Positions 9,567 through 18,734 of a stretch of 41,721 bases of DNA are shown here, one piece after another (positions within the stretch are counted from its first letter, which is position 1; each line of letters begins with the position of its first letter). This DNA is from an uncultured Smithella sp. GTDB taxonomy: Bacteria > Desulfobacterota > Syntrophia > Syntrophales > Smithellaceae. The stretch lies in the NCBI GenBank assembly GCA_964445385.1, contig CAYULE010000002.1, positions 1 through 41,721 on the forward strand, given 5' to 3'. A model generated the notes under the pieces. That model did not search any database and was not told where the DNA came from. It saw only the letters and a list, made by a program, of their open reading frames with translations. Both the position numbers and the translations under genes were made by a program.

Positions 9567-10061
9567 ATGCCGTCATTCTGGATGAGTAAATCGAGATCCC
9601 TTTTTCAATTAATCCAAGTCGGTATTGCACTGGCAATTATCCTGGGCTGTCCGGGTTTTTATCATGAAGGATGGTGTACGGAGCCTTCGGAAAAACACGC
9701 AGCGACACAGGAAGAACCAGCCATTCTTGAAGCAGCTAAAAAGTACCTCGACGCCGAAGTCGGAAGGGACCTGCCCGCCGTTTACGCCTGCCTGGCGCCT
9801 TCTTCCGTTTATTGCGCTACGCATAATTATGAGGACTTTCTGGCCGAAGCCAATGCCTCTCCGGTCAGGATTGTAGGATATAAAATCGTCCGCATTTCCC
9901 ACATCAGAGATAATGAAGACCTCAAAAACTTTCCCAAGGTAGAGAAGTTTGCCCAAGTCGAAATTGATATCATTGTTTTTTACAAGGACACGAATGAAAA
10001 GGGCGATATCAATGTCGGGTTCACGTTTATCAAGGAACTGGGCAAGTGGTATAAAGGCTGA
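9567..10061 (+). CDS. Small lipoprotein of unknown function embedded in the ABC operon (NTF2-like fold suspected)
   Basis: The ATG at 9567 lies 2 nt after the livH stop; the longer ORF from 9471 overlaps livH. Signal peptide with lipobox ILGC. 164 aa. C-terminus ...FTFIKELGKWYKG. Confidence 0.55.
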   Translation: MPSFWMSKSRSLFQLIQVGIALAIILGCPGFYHEGWCTEPSEKHAATQEEPAILEAAKKYLDAEVGRDLPAVYACLAPSSVYCATHNYEDFLAEANASPVRIVGYKIVRISHIRDNEDLKNFPKVEKFAQVEIDIIVFYKDTNEKGDINVGFTFIKELGKWYKG

Positions 10062-10095
10062 TATCCGGTAAAAGAAAGAAAAGGAGAATGATGCC

Positions 10096-11289
10096 ATGAA
10101 AAAGCAAAGATTAAGCGTCTTATCATTCATTATCGTCATTTCATTTTTCGTTTTAACCCCGTTAGTCAATGCGGCGCCAGGTTTTGATGACAAAGAGATC
10201 CGGATTGCCGCCTGGGGTCCGCAGACCGGGCCGGCAGCACCGTGGGGCAGTGTTGCCCGGGGACCTGCCGTGCTGGCAAGCCTGATTAATGCTGAAGGCG
10301 GCATTAACGGCCGCAAGCTGAAGCATTTTGTCCGTGATGACATGTATAATCCGGCGCAAACCAAAGTCGTCGTGAAGGAGTTGGTTGAAAGGCAGGGCAT
10401 CTTTGCCTTTGTCTGCGGAACCGGTTCCGCAGGCGGTCTGGCCGTGAAAGATTACCTGGCAGAGCATAAAGTGATCTGGGTGGGACCGGCGACATCCATT
10501 AAGGAATATGTCTTTCCTGTCAATCCCTATCTTTTCAGCATTTACCCCTTGTATGAAGATGAAGGGAGTATCCTGACCAAGTATACCATTGAAAAACTCC
10601 ATATAAAAGAAATCGGCGTGATCTATCAGAATGACCCCTATGGCAAGAATGGGCTGGACGGTGTCAGACAGCGGTTGAACAAACTTAAGATGAAAGCCGT
10701 GGCAGAGATTCCCGTGGAGTCCACGGAAAAAGATTTGTCTTCCCACATCCTGAAATTAAAAAATTCCGGAGCTAAGGCTGTTTTGATGTGGGTCAATCCA
10801 ACCTCCGGTGTCATCCTCCTGAAAACAGCCGCAACGATCGGCTATAAGCCTCAGTGGATTGCTTCCAATACGTTGTCTGACTTCGCCCTGATGCACAAAA
10901 TTTCCGGTGGATTGTGGGAAGGCGTCATCACGGGTTCGTTTATGCTGTCGCCCGATTCAACAGATGCCCGGATCATCAAATATCGGAATGCCATGAAGAA
11001 ATATGCGCCGGAAGAACGACCGGGACTCTTCTTCATGGCCGGTATGATGTTTGCGGAGCCCCTCATCGATGCCTTGAAGAGGGCGGGAAAGAATCTAAGC
11101 ACCGAGGCGACTCTCGCAGCGTTGAATTCGACAAAAAACTTTCAGGGAATCGGCCCGCGGGTAAACTGGACAAAGGCCCAGCACCAGGGTACCGATTCCA
11201 TTCAAATATGGAAGTGCGGGCCGGGTGGCAGCACAGTCCTGGTGCAGGATTGGACGGTTAATGAGTTGGCAACCTGGAAAACAAAGTAA
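10096..11289 (+). CDS. Liv/HAAT-type periplasmic substrate-binding protein, copy 1
   Basis: 397 aa. AAGGAGA RBS and signal peptide. Type-I PBP motifs APGFDDKEIRIAAWGPQTGPAAPWG and YNPAQTKVVVKELVERQG. Confidence 0.85.
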   Translation: MKKQRLSVLSFIIVISFFVLTPLVNAAPGFDDKEIRIAAWGPQTGPAAPWGSVARGPAVLASLINAEGGINGRKLKHFVRDDMYNPAQTKVVVKELVERQGIFAFVCGTGSAGGLAVKDYLAEHKVIWVGPATSIKEYVFPVNPYLFSIYPLYEDEGSILTKYTIEKLHIKEIGVIYQNDPYGKNGLDGVRQRLNKLKMKAVAEIPVESTEKDLSSHILKLKNSGAKAVLMWVNPTSGVILLKTAATIGYKPQWIASNTLSDFALMHKISGGLWEGVITGSFMLSPDSTDARIIKYRNAMKKYAPEERPGLFFMAGMMFAEPLIDALKRAGKNLSTEATLAALNSTKNFQGIGPRVNWTKAQHQGTDSIQIWKCGPGGSTVLVQDWTVNELATWKTK

Positions 11290-11323
11290 TACTCATACAA
11301 TTAATAATGGGAGGGTGGATTTG

Positions 11324-12526
11324 ATGGTTAAGAAAAGATTCCTGGTATTTTCGCTTCTGGTTGTGTTTTCAATTTTGATACTGTCCTCAGTGAGCTATGG
11401 AGCAGCTCCCGGTTTTGACGATAAGGAAATCCGGATTGCCTCCTGGGGACCGATGACCGGGCCTGCTGCACCATGGGGCACGGTTAATCGAGGTCCCGCT
11501 GTCATCTGTGCCATCGTTAATGAGGAGGGTGGGATACATGGCCGTAAGCTGAAACATTTTGCGCGTGATGACCAGTACAATCCGGCCCAGACGAAGGTTG
11601 TGGTGAAAGAACTTGTTGAGCGGCAGGGCGTACTTGCCTTTGTAGCCGGTACCGGTTCAGCATGCGGCATGGCGGTCAAGGATTACCTGGCCGAGAATAA
11701 GATCATCTGGGTAGCACCGGCGATTTCGTTAAAAGAGCTTATTTCGCCCATCCATCCTTACATCTTTGCTCTTATGCCTCTTTACGAGGACGAGGCCAGC
11801 ATTCTGACAAAATATGTCATCGAAAAGATGAAGATCAAGGAAGTCGGCGTGCTTTATCAGAATGATGCTTTTGGCAAGGCAGCCCTGGAAGGCATCCGGC
11901 AGCGGTTGGCAAAAAATAATATGAAGGCCGTCGCGGAAATTCCTGTTGAAGCAACAGATAAGGATTTGTCATCCTATGTTCTGAAATTAAAAAATTCCGG
12001 AGCAAAGGCTGTGATGATGTGGCTTACGCCCTCCGCGGCAGTGATCACTTTGAAGACGGCGGCAACGGTTAACTATAAACCCACCTGGGTGGCATCAGAG
12101 ACCCTTTCCGATCTTGGTTTGATGCACAGGATTTCCGGAGGTTTGTGGGAGGGCGTGATCACCGCTGCTTTCGTGCTGCCGCCTGAATCCAAGCATCCCC
12201 TCATGGCTAAATATCGCGCTGCCGCCACTAAATATACACCGGGAGAAACGCAGAGTCTCTTTTACATGGCCGGCAACATGTTTACCGAACCCCTGGTCGA
12301 TGCCCTGAAGAGAGCGGGAAGGAACCTGAGCACGGAAGCAACACTTAAAGCCTTGAACTCAACAAAGAATTTCCAGGGTATCGGTCCGAAAGTGAATTGG
12401 ACGGCTGATCAGCATCAGGGCACCGACTCTATTCAGATCTGGAAGTGCGGTCCCAAGGGCAGTACCATTTTGCTGCAAGACTGGACATCCAATGAGCTGG
12501 CCACATGGAAGAAGAAAAAGAAATAA
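11324..12526 (+). CDS. Liv/HAAT-type periplasmic substrate-binding protein, copy 2 (tandem paralogue)
   Basis: ATG at 11324 is preceded by GGGAGGGTGG; the longer ORF from 11225 overlaps copy 1. Signal peptide. Collinear with copy 1 along its full length, roughly 70% identical by eye. Confidence 0.85.
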   Translation: MVKKRFLVFSLLVVFSILILSSVSYGAAPGFDDKEIRIASWGPMTGPAAPWGTVNRGPAVICAIVNEEGGIHGRKLKHFARDDQYNPAQTKVVVKELVERQGVLAFVAGTGSACGMAVKDYLAENKIIWVAPAISLKELISPIHPYIFALMPLYEDEASILTKYVIEKMKIKEVGVLYQNDAFGKAALEGIRQRLAKNNMKAVAEIPVEATDKDLSSYVLKLKNSGAKAVMMWLTPSAAVITLKTAATVNYKPTWVASETLSDLGLMHRISGGLWEGVITAAFVLPPESKHPLMAKYRAAATKYTPGETQSLFYMAGNMFTEPLVDALKRAGRNLSTEATLKALNSTKNFQGIGPKVNWTADQHQGTDSIQIWKCGPKGSTILLQDWTSNELATWKKKKK

Positions 12527-12569
12527 GCTTTTTTTTGGATTTATTTGATTTTGACAACTGACTTTATTT

Positions 12570-12624
12570 CCCGCCGTCACCGGGCTCTTCCCTCCCAGGG
12601 GGATCAGGCCCGGCGGTGGACGGG
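12570..12624 (+). promoter_or_regulatory. GC-rich imperfect intercistronic stem-loop between the binding-protein genes and the ATPase genes
   Basis: cccgccgtcaccgggc (12570-12585) pairs, with bulges, to gcccggcggtggacggg (12608-12624). There is an inner ccct..aggg hairpin. Only a weak T tract follows (ttt). Confidence 0.35.
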
Positions 12625-12673
12625 GGTTTCATGACGGAATAATATTATTCCCAAAAAAGGAACGTTTATAAAC

Positions 12674-13459
12674 ATGGACCATTTCAGAATTGAAAATCTG
12701 AGCATCAGTTTTGGCGGTTTGAAGGCTGTCAATAACGTAAGTTTCAATGTGGAACCCAACAGCATTTTTTCCATTATCGGTCCGAACGGTTCGGGAAAAA
12801 CGACGATCTTTAATCTGATTTCGGGTATCTACCATCCCAGCAACGGTCGCATTATCCTGGAGGGTGAAGATATGGTAGGCAAGACACCGGATAAGATCGC
12901 CCGCAAGGGCATTGCCCGGACCTTCCAGAACATTGAACTGTTTGCCAAGGCAACGGTGATGGACAATCTCATGTTGGGCAGGCACATCCACATGAAAACC
13001 GGAGTATTTACCGGCGCCGCCTTGTGGGGCCGAGGGGCCAGGGCGGTGAAAGAAGAGATTGCCAACCGGGAGATTGTCGAAGGGATCATCGATTTTCTTG
13101 AGTTGCAATCGGTTCGCGATCAATATGTAGCGAGCCTGTCCTATGGTAAGAGGAAACTGGTGGAACTGGGCAGAGCTCTGGCTTTGCAACCGAAGATTTT
13201 ACTGCTGGATGAACCATCCGCGGGAATGAATACGGAAGAAAAAGAAGATCTTAATATTTGGATCAAGGACATCCGTGAGGATTACAAGGTGACTATTCTG
13301 CTCATTGAACATGACATGAATATGATCATGGGCATCTCCGACCGTATATTTGCCATCAATCACGGCGAGAAGATTATCGAAGGTCTTCCGCGCGAGGTTC
13401 AAACCCATCCAGAGGTCATTAAGGCCTACCTGGGGGAGGAGGATATATTTCATGCTTAA
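12674..13459 (+). CDS. livG: HAAT-family ABC transporter ATP-binding protein, LivG-like
   Basis: 261 aa. Walker A GPNGSGKTT, FQNIELF, signature LSYGKRKLVELGRAL, Walker B ILLLDEPSAG. Confidence 0.9.
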   Translation: MDHFRIENLSISFGGLKAVNNVSFNVEPNSIFSIIGPNGSGKTTIFNLISGIYHPSNGRIILEGEDMVGKTPDKIARKGIARTFQNIELFAKATVMDNLMLGRHIHMKTGVFTGAALWGRGARAVKEEIANREIVEGIIDFLELQSVRDQYVASLSYGKRKLVELGRALALQPKILLLDEPSAGMNTEEKEDLNIWIKDIREDYKVTILLIEHDMNMIMGISDRIFAINHGEKIIEGLPREVQTHPEVIKAYLGEEDIFHA

Positions 13460-14234
13460 AGTGAACAATGTGGAAACCTGGTATGATCTTATCCGTGCCC
13501 TCCATGGCATCTCCTTTCAGGTGACGCAGGGAAATATCGTTGCCCTTCTCGGCTCCAACGGGGCGGGGAAATCGACAACATTGAAGACCATTCTCCGGCT
13601 CCTGTATGACTTGAAGGAAGAACAGCCGGAAAAGGGAACCATCGAGTTTCTCGGTCAGCGCATCGATAGAAAAGATACAGACGAAATCGTCCGGATGGGA
13701 ATCAGCTATGTGCCGGAAGGCCGGGAGGTCTTTCCCGAATTGACGGTGATGGAGAACATTCAGATGGGGGCCTATACACGGAGAGACAGAAAAGGCCTCA
13801 AGGATGATATCGATAAAATTCTCACGCGTTTCCCGATTCTGGGTGAACGAAGCAATCAACAGGCGGGTTATCTCAGCGGCGGGGAGCAGCAGATGCTGGC
13901 TATTGGAAGGGCCTTGATGAGCCGTCCCAAACTGCTCATGCTTGATGAACCATCGCTGGGGCTGTCCCCTTTGCTGACCAACGATATTTTTCACATCATT
14001 AAGGAAATCAACGAGAAGGACGGCGTGACGATCCTGCTGGTTGAGCAGAATGTCAACATGGCGCTCAAGTATTCCCATTTTGCCTACCTGATGGAAAACG
14101 GCCGGATTGTCCGTGCCGATAAGCCGGAGGTTTTACGCGAAGACAACGATGTGAAAGAATTCTATCTGGGCATCGCCACGGAACAGTCCATCAAGGGCTA
14201 CAAACGTTACAGAAGAAAAGTCCGTTTCCGTTAG
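13452..14234 (+). CDS. livF: HAAT-family ABC transporter ATP-binding protein, LivF-like, with a basic C-terminal tail
   Basis: ATG at 13452 overlaps the livG stop by 8 nt; the longer ORF from 13350 lies inside livG. Walker A GSNGAGKST, YVPEGREVFPELTV, signature LSGGEQQML, Walker B LLMLDEPSLG. Tail KGYKRYRRKVRFR. Confidence 0.9.
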   Translation: MLKVNNVETWYDLIRALHGISFQVTQGNIVALLGSNGAGKSTTLKTILRLLYDLKEEQPEKGTIEFLGQRIDRKDTDEIVRMGISYVPEGREVFPELTVMENIQMGAYTRRDRKGLKDDIDKILTRFPILGERSNQQAGYLSGGEQQMLAIGRALMSRPKLLMLDEPSLGLSPLLTNDIFHIIKEINEKDGVTILLVEQNVNMALKYSHFAYLMENGRIVRADKPEVLREDNDVKEFYLGIATEQSIKGYKRYRRKVRFR

Positions 14235-14305
14235 TTACGCGTTTTTGCAGTTGAAAATATTTCGATAAATCGCTTCTGTCGATTGGAGATTACAAGGGGG
14301 AGACA

Positions 14306-16108
14306 ATGGCAATCAACACGTTGCCCAAAGCATTGCTGAACATGGTGGAAAAACAGCCGAACCGTATTGCCATGAGAAGAAAGGATTACGGCATCTGGCA
14401 TGACATTACATGGACCGAGTACCTCGAAAACGTCAAATGTGTCACCCTTGGCCTCCATGCCCTCGGTGTGAAATACGGAGAGCATGTCGCAATCATCGGA
14501 GAAAACAGGCCGGAGTGGCTCTATTCTGCTCTAGGAATCGTCTGCGCCGGCGGGGCCTGGGTTGGCGTTTATACGACCAACCCGGTGTTGGAATGCGAAT
14601 ATGTGGTCGGTCATTCCGACGCCGTCGTCTATATCTGTGAAGATGAGGAGCAACTGGACAAGGCGCTTGTTTTCAGAGACAAAACGCCCAAATTAAGAAA
14701 GTTGATTGTCTGGGAAATGGAAGGGCTAAAGCATTATGAAGATCCCATGCTCATGAGTTTCGATCAACTTTTGGAACTGGGCAAGGAAGAAGACCGCAAG
14801 AATCCGGGGCTCTTCCTGCAACTGACTGATCTCGCGAAGCCCCAGGATATTGCAGGCATTATCTATACGTCAGGAACGACGGGACCGCCAAAAGGAGCCC
14901 TGCTTGCTCATGAAGGTTATCTATGGATCGGCCGCGCCTCGCAGGAAGTCATGCCCGCGACCAATGAAGACGAAACCATTTCCTTCCTTCCGCTCAACCA
15001 TGTATATGAACAAATTTTCGATATGATGTTTCATCTGACCGTCGGGCAGATTGTCAACTTTACGGAAAATACGGATACGGTCATGGCGGACATGAAGGAA
15101 ATATCGCCAACCATGTTTCATGCCGTTCCCCGGATATGGGAAAAGTACTACTCCGGGATCGTTTTAAAAATGGCCGATGCGACCTGGTTGAAACAAAAGC
15201 TCTACAAGATTGCCGTGCAGATCGGGACCCGATACAACAATAAAGCGTTGACCAAGCAGAAGGTGCCGCTGCAGCTGGCATTGGCCTATCACATTGCATA
15301 CTTTGTCATTTTCCGGAAGCTCAAAGAGCGCCTCGGCTTTGACCGGGTGCGCATCGGTGTTTCCGGCGCCGCGCCTATTTCACATGAGATCTTAAAGTTT
15401 TTCCAGAGCATCGGAATCCCGATTCGCGAAGGGTATGGCATGACGGAAACGACGGGGATCACTCACATGTCGAACGAAGTCGACTATAAAGTGGGAACCG
15501 TCGGCAAAGCGATACCGGGAACGCAAGTCAGAATTGCTGAAGATGGAGAAATCGTCGTAAAGCACCCGGGTATTTTCAAGGGTTATTACAAGGATGAAGA
15601 ACAGACCAAAGAGGTTCTTGTCGACGGGTGGATGCACACGGGCGACGTCGGTGTGATTGACGACGAGGGATACCTCAAACTGACAGACCGGAAAAAGGAT
15701 CTGATCATCACGGCGGGCGGCAAGAACGTCGCGCCCCAGTACCTGGAGAACCTTCTGAAATTTTCACCCTATATCAACGACTCTGTTGTCATCGGTGACG
15801 GACGGAAATTTCTCTCGGCGCTTATCGTCATCGACGAAGAAAATGTCACTAAATACGCTCAGGACAACAAGGTTCAATTTACGACTTTTGCCTCAATGAC
15901 CAAAGCGCCGGAGATCAACAGCCTCATCCAGGAAGAGATCGATAAGGTGAATAAACAGGTTTCCCGCGTCGAGAATATTCGTAAGTTCAAAATTATCGAC
16001 AAGAAGCTTTATACCGAAGACGGTGAAGTCACCCCGACGATGAAGGTTAAGCGAAAATCGATCAATGCCCAGTTCGGCGACCTGATTGAATCGATGTACA
16101 GGGACTAA
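14306..16108 (+). CDS. AMP-forming acyl-CoA ligase (about 600 aa, long-chain fatty-acid-CoA ligase type)
   Basis: RBS GGGGGAG. AMP-binding motif IYTSGTTGPPKGA, plus GYGMTETTG, HTGDVGVIDDEGYLKLTDRKKDLI and TPTMKVKRK. Confidence 0.85.
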   Translation: MAINTLPKALLNMVEKQPNRIAMRRKDYGIWHDITWTEYLENVKCVTLGLHALGVKYGEHVAIIGENRPEWLYSALGIVCAGGAWVGVYTTNPVLECEYVVGHSDAVVYICEDEEQLDKALVFRDKTPKLRKLIVWEMEGLKHYEDPMLMSFDQLLELGKEEDRKNPGLFLQLTDLAKPQDIAGIIYTSGTTGPPKGALLAHEGYLWIGRASQEVMPATNEDETISFLPLNHVYEQIFDMMFHLTVGQIVNFTENTDTVMADMKEISPTMFHAVPRIWEKYYSGIVLKMADATWLKQKLYKIAVQIGTRYNNKALTKQKVPLQLALAYHIAYFVIFRKLKERLGFDRVRIGVSGAAPISHEILKFFQSIGIPIREGYGMTETTGITHMSNEVDYKVGTVGKAIPGTQVRIAEDGEIVVKHPGIFKGYYKDEEQTKEVLVDGWMHTGDVGVIDDEGYLKLTDRKKDLIITAGGKNVAPQYLENLLKFSPYINDSVVIGDGRKFLSALIVIDEENVTKYAQDNKVQFTTFASMTKAPEINSLIQEEIDKVNKQVSRVENIRKFKIIDKKLYTEDGEVTPTMKVKRKSINAQFGDLIESMYRD

Positions 16109-16163
16109 TGATACCCATAAAGATTTTGGGAACATGAATTAAAGAATAAATCAAACCCATAGC

Positions 16164-16188
16164 ACCGGGGGAGTTCTTCCCCCGGTTT
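16164..16188. terminator. Hairpin between convergent ligase genes (possible terminator)
   Basis: Perfect 9-bp stem accggggga / tcccccggt with a 5-nt loop, followed by only ttt. Lies 56 nt after the stop at 16108. Confidence 0.4.
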
Positions 16189-16326
16189 CACAGCTAAACA
16201 GTTTCTATTAACAACCATCAGAAGATATGTGAAGTCGATCCCCTGGTCTGTGCGCATTGCAAGGAAGTTCACATCAACTCAGCGATGATGTAAAAAAGGA
16301 ACACTTAATCTTTAGAGTGACCATCA

Positions 16327-18027
16327 TCAAACCTCTTTTCTCAGCACCTTCTTGTCGATCTTGCCGACATTGGTGAGGGGAAGTTCCTTTCTGATTTCCA
16401 GGATCTTAGGTACCTCATAAGGTGCCAGCTTCTCCTTGGCAAAATCGATGATGGCCTTTTTCAGGACGTCCATATCCCCTGTAACAAGATAGTCGGGATT
16501 TAGGATCACATAAGCCTTCACGAGCTCCGACCCAGGCCGCTCGGGATTATTGCTTCCGATGACGGCGCATATATTGATTGCCGGGTGTCGATTCAAAACA
16601 TCCTCCACCTTTCGGGAAAACACTTTGAACCCGCCGATGTTAATCATGTCTTTTGTCCGATCCACCAGGCGCAGGTATCCATCTTCATCCTGAATGGCCA
16701 CATCACCTGTGTGCATATACCCATCTGGATCGATGGCTTGCCTGGTCTCTTCGGGCCTGTTGAAATAACCAACCATTACATGAGGTCCCTTGATGCAGAT
16801 CTCTCCCGGTTGTCCCACCTCGACTTCTTTCCCCGTTGCCGGTTCAATGAGCCGGACGTCTGTATTCAGCAGTGGCAATCCGATCGTGCCGATCTTTCGT
16901 ACCCCTTTCATGGGATTGAAAATCGTTAAAGGTGATGTCTCGGTCATCCCGTAACCTTCGAGGATTTTCCCGGTTCCTACGATGGACTCGAATTCCCGTT
17001 GCGCCTCTTCCGGATAGGGAGCAGCGGCTGAGACACAGACCTTTAATTTTGAATGGTCCAACATCTTGAACTTGGGATTCGCCGCAAGCAGCATATAAAA
17101 TGGCGGGACATTTGCCATCATGGCAGGTTTGTACCTGTCCAATTCTTTACAGATATGATCGGTATCCCGCGGGTTCGGAATCAGAATTTGAGTCCAACCC
17201 AGAAAGATGAAATTAGCATTGGTGAAAACTCCGGCGATGTGGAAAAAAGGAAAACCGGTAAGTCCAATACTTTTACCCGGCTCCAATCCAAGCCATGCCT
17301 GGAAAATCAGGAGATCGGCAACGGCATTTCGATGGCTCAGCATTGCGCCCTTTGGTACCCCGGTAGTTCCGCCTGTATACTGAAGATAGGCAATATCATC
17401 AGGTGTGAGGTCAATATTTGGGGATTCAGTAGAAAAAAGCCCGAGCTGAATAACCTTATTAAAGAGATAGACGGTTTTGCCGTCCAGGGGAGTTACTTTT
17501 CCTTTGGGGATCTTGCCCAGCAGTTTACCGAGAAATCTTTTAATTCCCGGGAGGAATCCGCCGACGTTTGTAGCAACGATGGCTTGGAGATCCGGCAGAC
17601 GGGAGGCAACGGGTACAAGCTTTGCCTCAAACAAGGCATCGAGGGTTACCAGCACTTTGGCTTGAGAGTCTTTAAGCTGGTATTCCAACTCCTCAGATGA
17701 GAGGAGTGGTGAAACGCCGGAAACAACGCAGCCCGCCCGCAGTATTCCCAGCCAGGCGATAACATATTCCGGGATATTGGGGAGGTTGATTCCCACAACG
17801 GCCCCTTTTTTCAATCCCAGAGACAAGAGCATATGGGCGAATTGGTTCGCGTATCGATCCAACTGGGCATAGGTGATGTGGACTCCCATGAAGGCCAGGG
17901 CTATTTTGTCCGGATAGTCGAGAAATACTCGCCGGATGATATCCGGGCAGGTGGTTTCCCAACGGGCGGGATGGATATCCCCAAGCTCTGGATCGTATGA
18001 TTTTTTCCAGAATAGATCTTTTTCCAT
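16327..18027 (-). CDS. AMP-forming acyl-CoA ligase, FadD-like (566 aa)
   Basis: GGAGG RBS. Motifs YTGGTTGVPKGA, GYGMTETSP, HTGDVAIQDEDGYLRLVDRTKDMI and GKIDKKVLR. Confidence 0.85.
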   Translation of the reverse strand: MEKDLFWKKSYDPELGDIHPARWETTCPDIIRRVFLDYPDKIALAFMGVHITYAQLDRYANQFAHMLLSLGLKKGAVVGINLPNIPEYVIAWLGILRAGCVVSGVSPLLSSEELEYQLKDSQAKVLVTLDALFEAKLVPVASRLPDLQAIVATNVGGFLPGIKRFLGKLLGKIPKGKVTPLDGKTVYLFNKVIQLGLFSTESPNIDLTPDDIAYLQYTGGTTGVPKGAMLSHRNAVADLLIFQAWLGLEPGKSIGLTGFPFFHIAGVFTNANFIFLGWTQILIPNPRDTDHICKELDRYKPAMMANVPPFYMLLAANPKFKMLDHSKLKVCVSAAAPYPEEAQREFESIVGTGKILEGYGMTETSPLTIFNPMKGVRKIGTIGLPLLNTDVRLIEPATGKEVEVGQPGEICIKGPHVMVGYFNRPEETRQAIDPDGYMHTGDVAIQDEDGYLRLVDRTKDMINIGGFKVFSRKVEDVLNRHPAINICAVIGSNNPERPGSELVKAYVILNPDYLVTGDMDVLKKAIIDFAKEKLAPYEVPKILEIRKELPLTNVGKIDKKVLRKEV

Positions 18028-18068
18028 GATGCCACCTCCTCTTTACAAGGATAGGTACCAGGGGTACC

Positions 18069-18734
18069 TTATTTCAGAACGATTGCATCGATAAGAAGCG
18101 TTTCCGCAATACGCAGCGTGGATTTTAAATATTTGTTGGATTGTGATTGTTTAGTGGATTTCATATCCATCACCTGGGTAAGTCCGAGAAAAATCGCCCA
18201 GATAATGTCGGAAAGGGCAAAGCTGCTAATATTCTTAATCAGCTTTTGCGCTTTTGCTGATTCGAAGATGCCTCTCGCCAACTCGAAGTCGTATTTACCG
18301 CTGCTGCTGATGACTGAGCGGGTTTCGGGGCTGAGTTCATTGATGAGATCTTGTTGCTGGAAAAAGATGTTCGCCACCCTGAGAGAGTCCGGCTCCTTCT
18401 CATAGCTGCGGATAAAAATTTTAAATAAGTCTTTCACCAGGTCATTGCCGGACACATATTTTTTGTTGACCAGTTTTTTCTCTATCCGTTCCATCTGAAC
18501 GCCGAATTCCTGCAGAAATGGCAGCATGAGGGAAGAGTAGAGTTCCTCTTTTGTGTTGAAGTACTGATAAATGGTCGGCTTGCTGAGCTGGGCTTCAAGG
18601 GCGATCTCGTCCATGGTTGTTTTCAGATAGCCCTTCGAAAAAAAGACTTTTTCCGCCGCCTCCTGAATGCTCTGGATGCGCTGGTCTTTTTCCCGCGATT
18701 TTCTCTCGCGTATGGCTTGCTGGTGCCTTAACAT
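18069..18734 (-). CDS. TetR-family transcriptional regulator
   Basis: 221 aa. GGGAG RBS. N-terminal HTH region IQEAAEKVFFSKGYLKTTMDEIALEAQLSKPTIYQYFNTKEELY. Lies 41 nt upstream of the FadD-like gene and is divergent from the dehydrogenase operon. Confidence 0.85.
   Translation of the reverse strand: MLRHQQAIRERKSREKDQRIQSIQEAAEKVFFSKGYLKTTMDEIALEAQLSKPTIYQYFNTKEELYSSLMLPFLQEFGVQMERIEKKLVNKKYVSGNDLVKDLFKIFIRSYEKEPDSLRVANIFFQQQDLINELSPETRSVISSSGKYDFELARGIFESAKAQKLIKNISSFALSDIIWAIFLGLTQVMDMKSTKQSQSNKYLKSTLRIAETLLIDAIVLK

Noticed and set aside
9609-10400. A 263-aa minus-strand ORF.
   Set aside because: It is antisense to the lipoprotein and SBP genes, which have clear family motifs, and it has low-complexity Ala/Pro/Arg-rich composition and no RBS.
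12629-13189. A 186-aa minus-strand ORF.
   Set aside because: It is antisense to livG, which has unambiguous Walker and signature motifs.
16198-16293. A start-less 31-codon frame ending ...ICEVDPLVCAHCKEVHINSAMM*, faintly reminiscent of the CxxC C-terminus of IS91/Y2-type transposases.
   Set aside because: It is far too short and degenerate to call by eye, and there are no inverted repeats or other transposase remnants nearby. A tblastn search would be needed.
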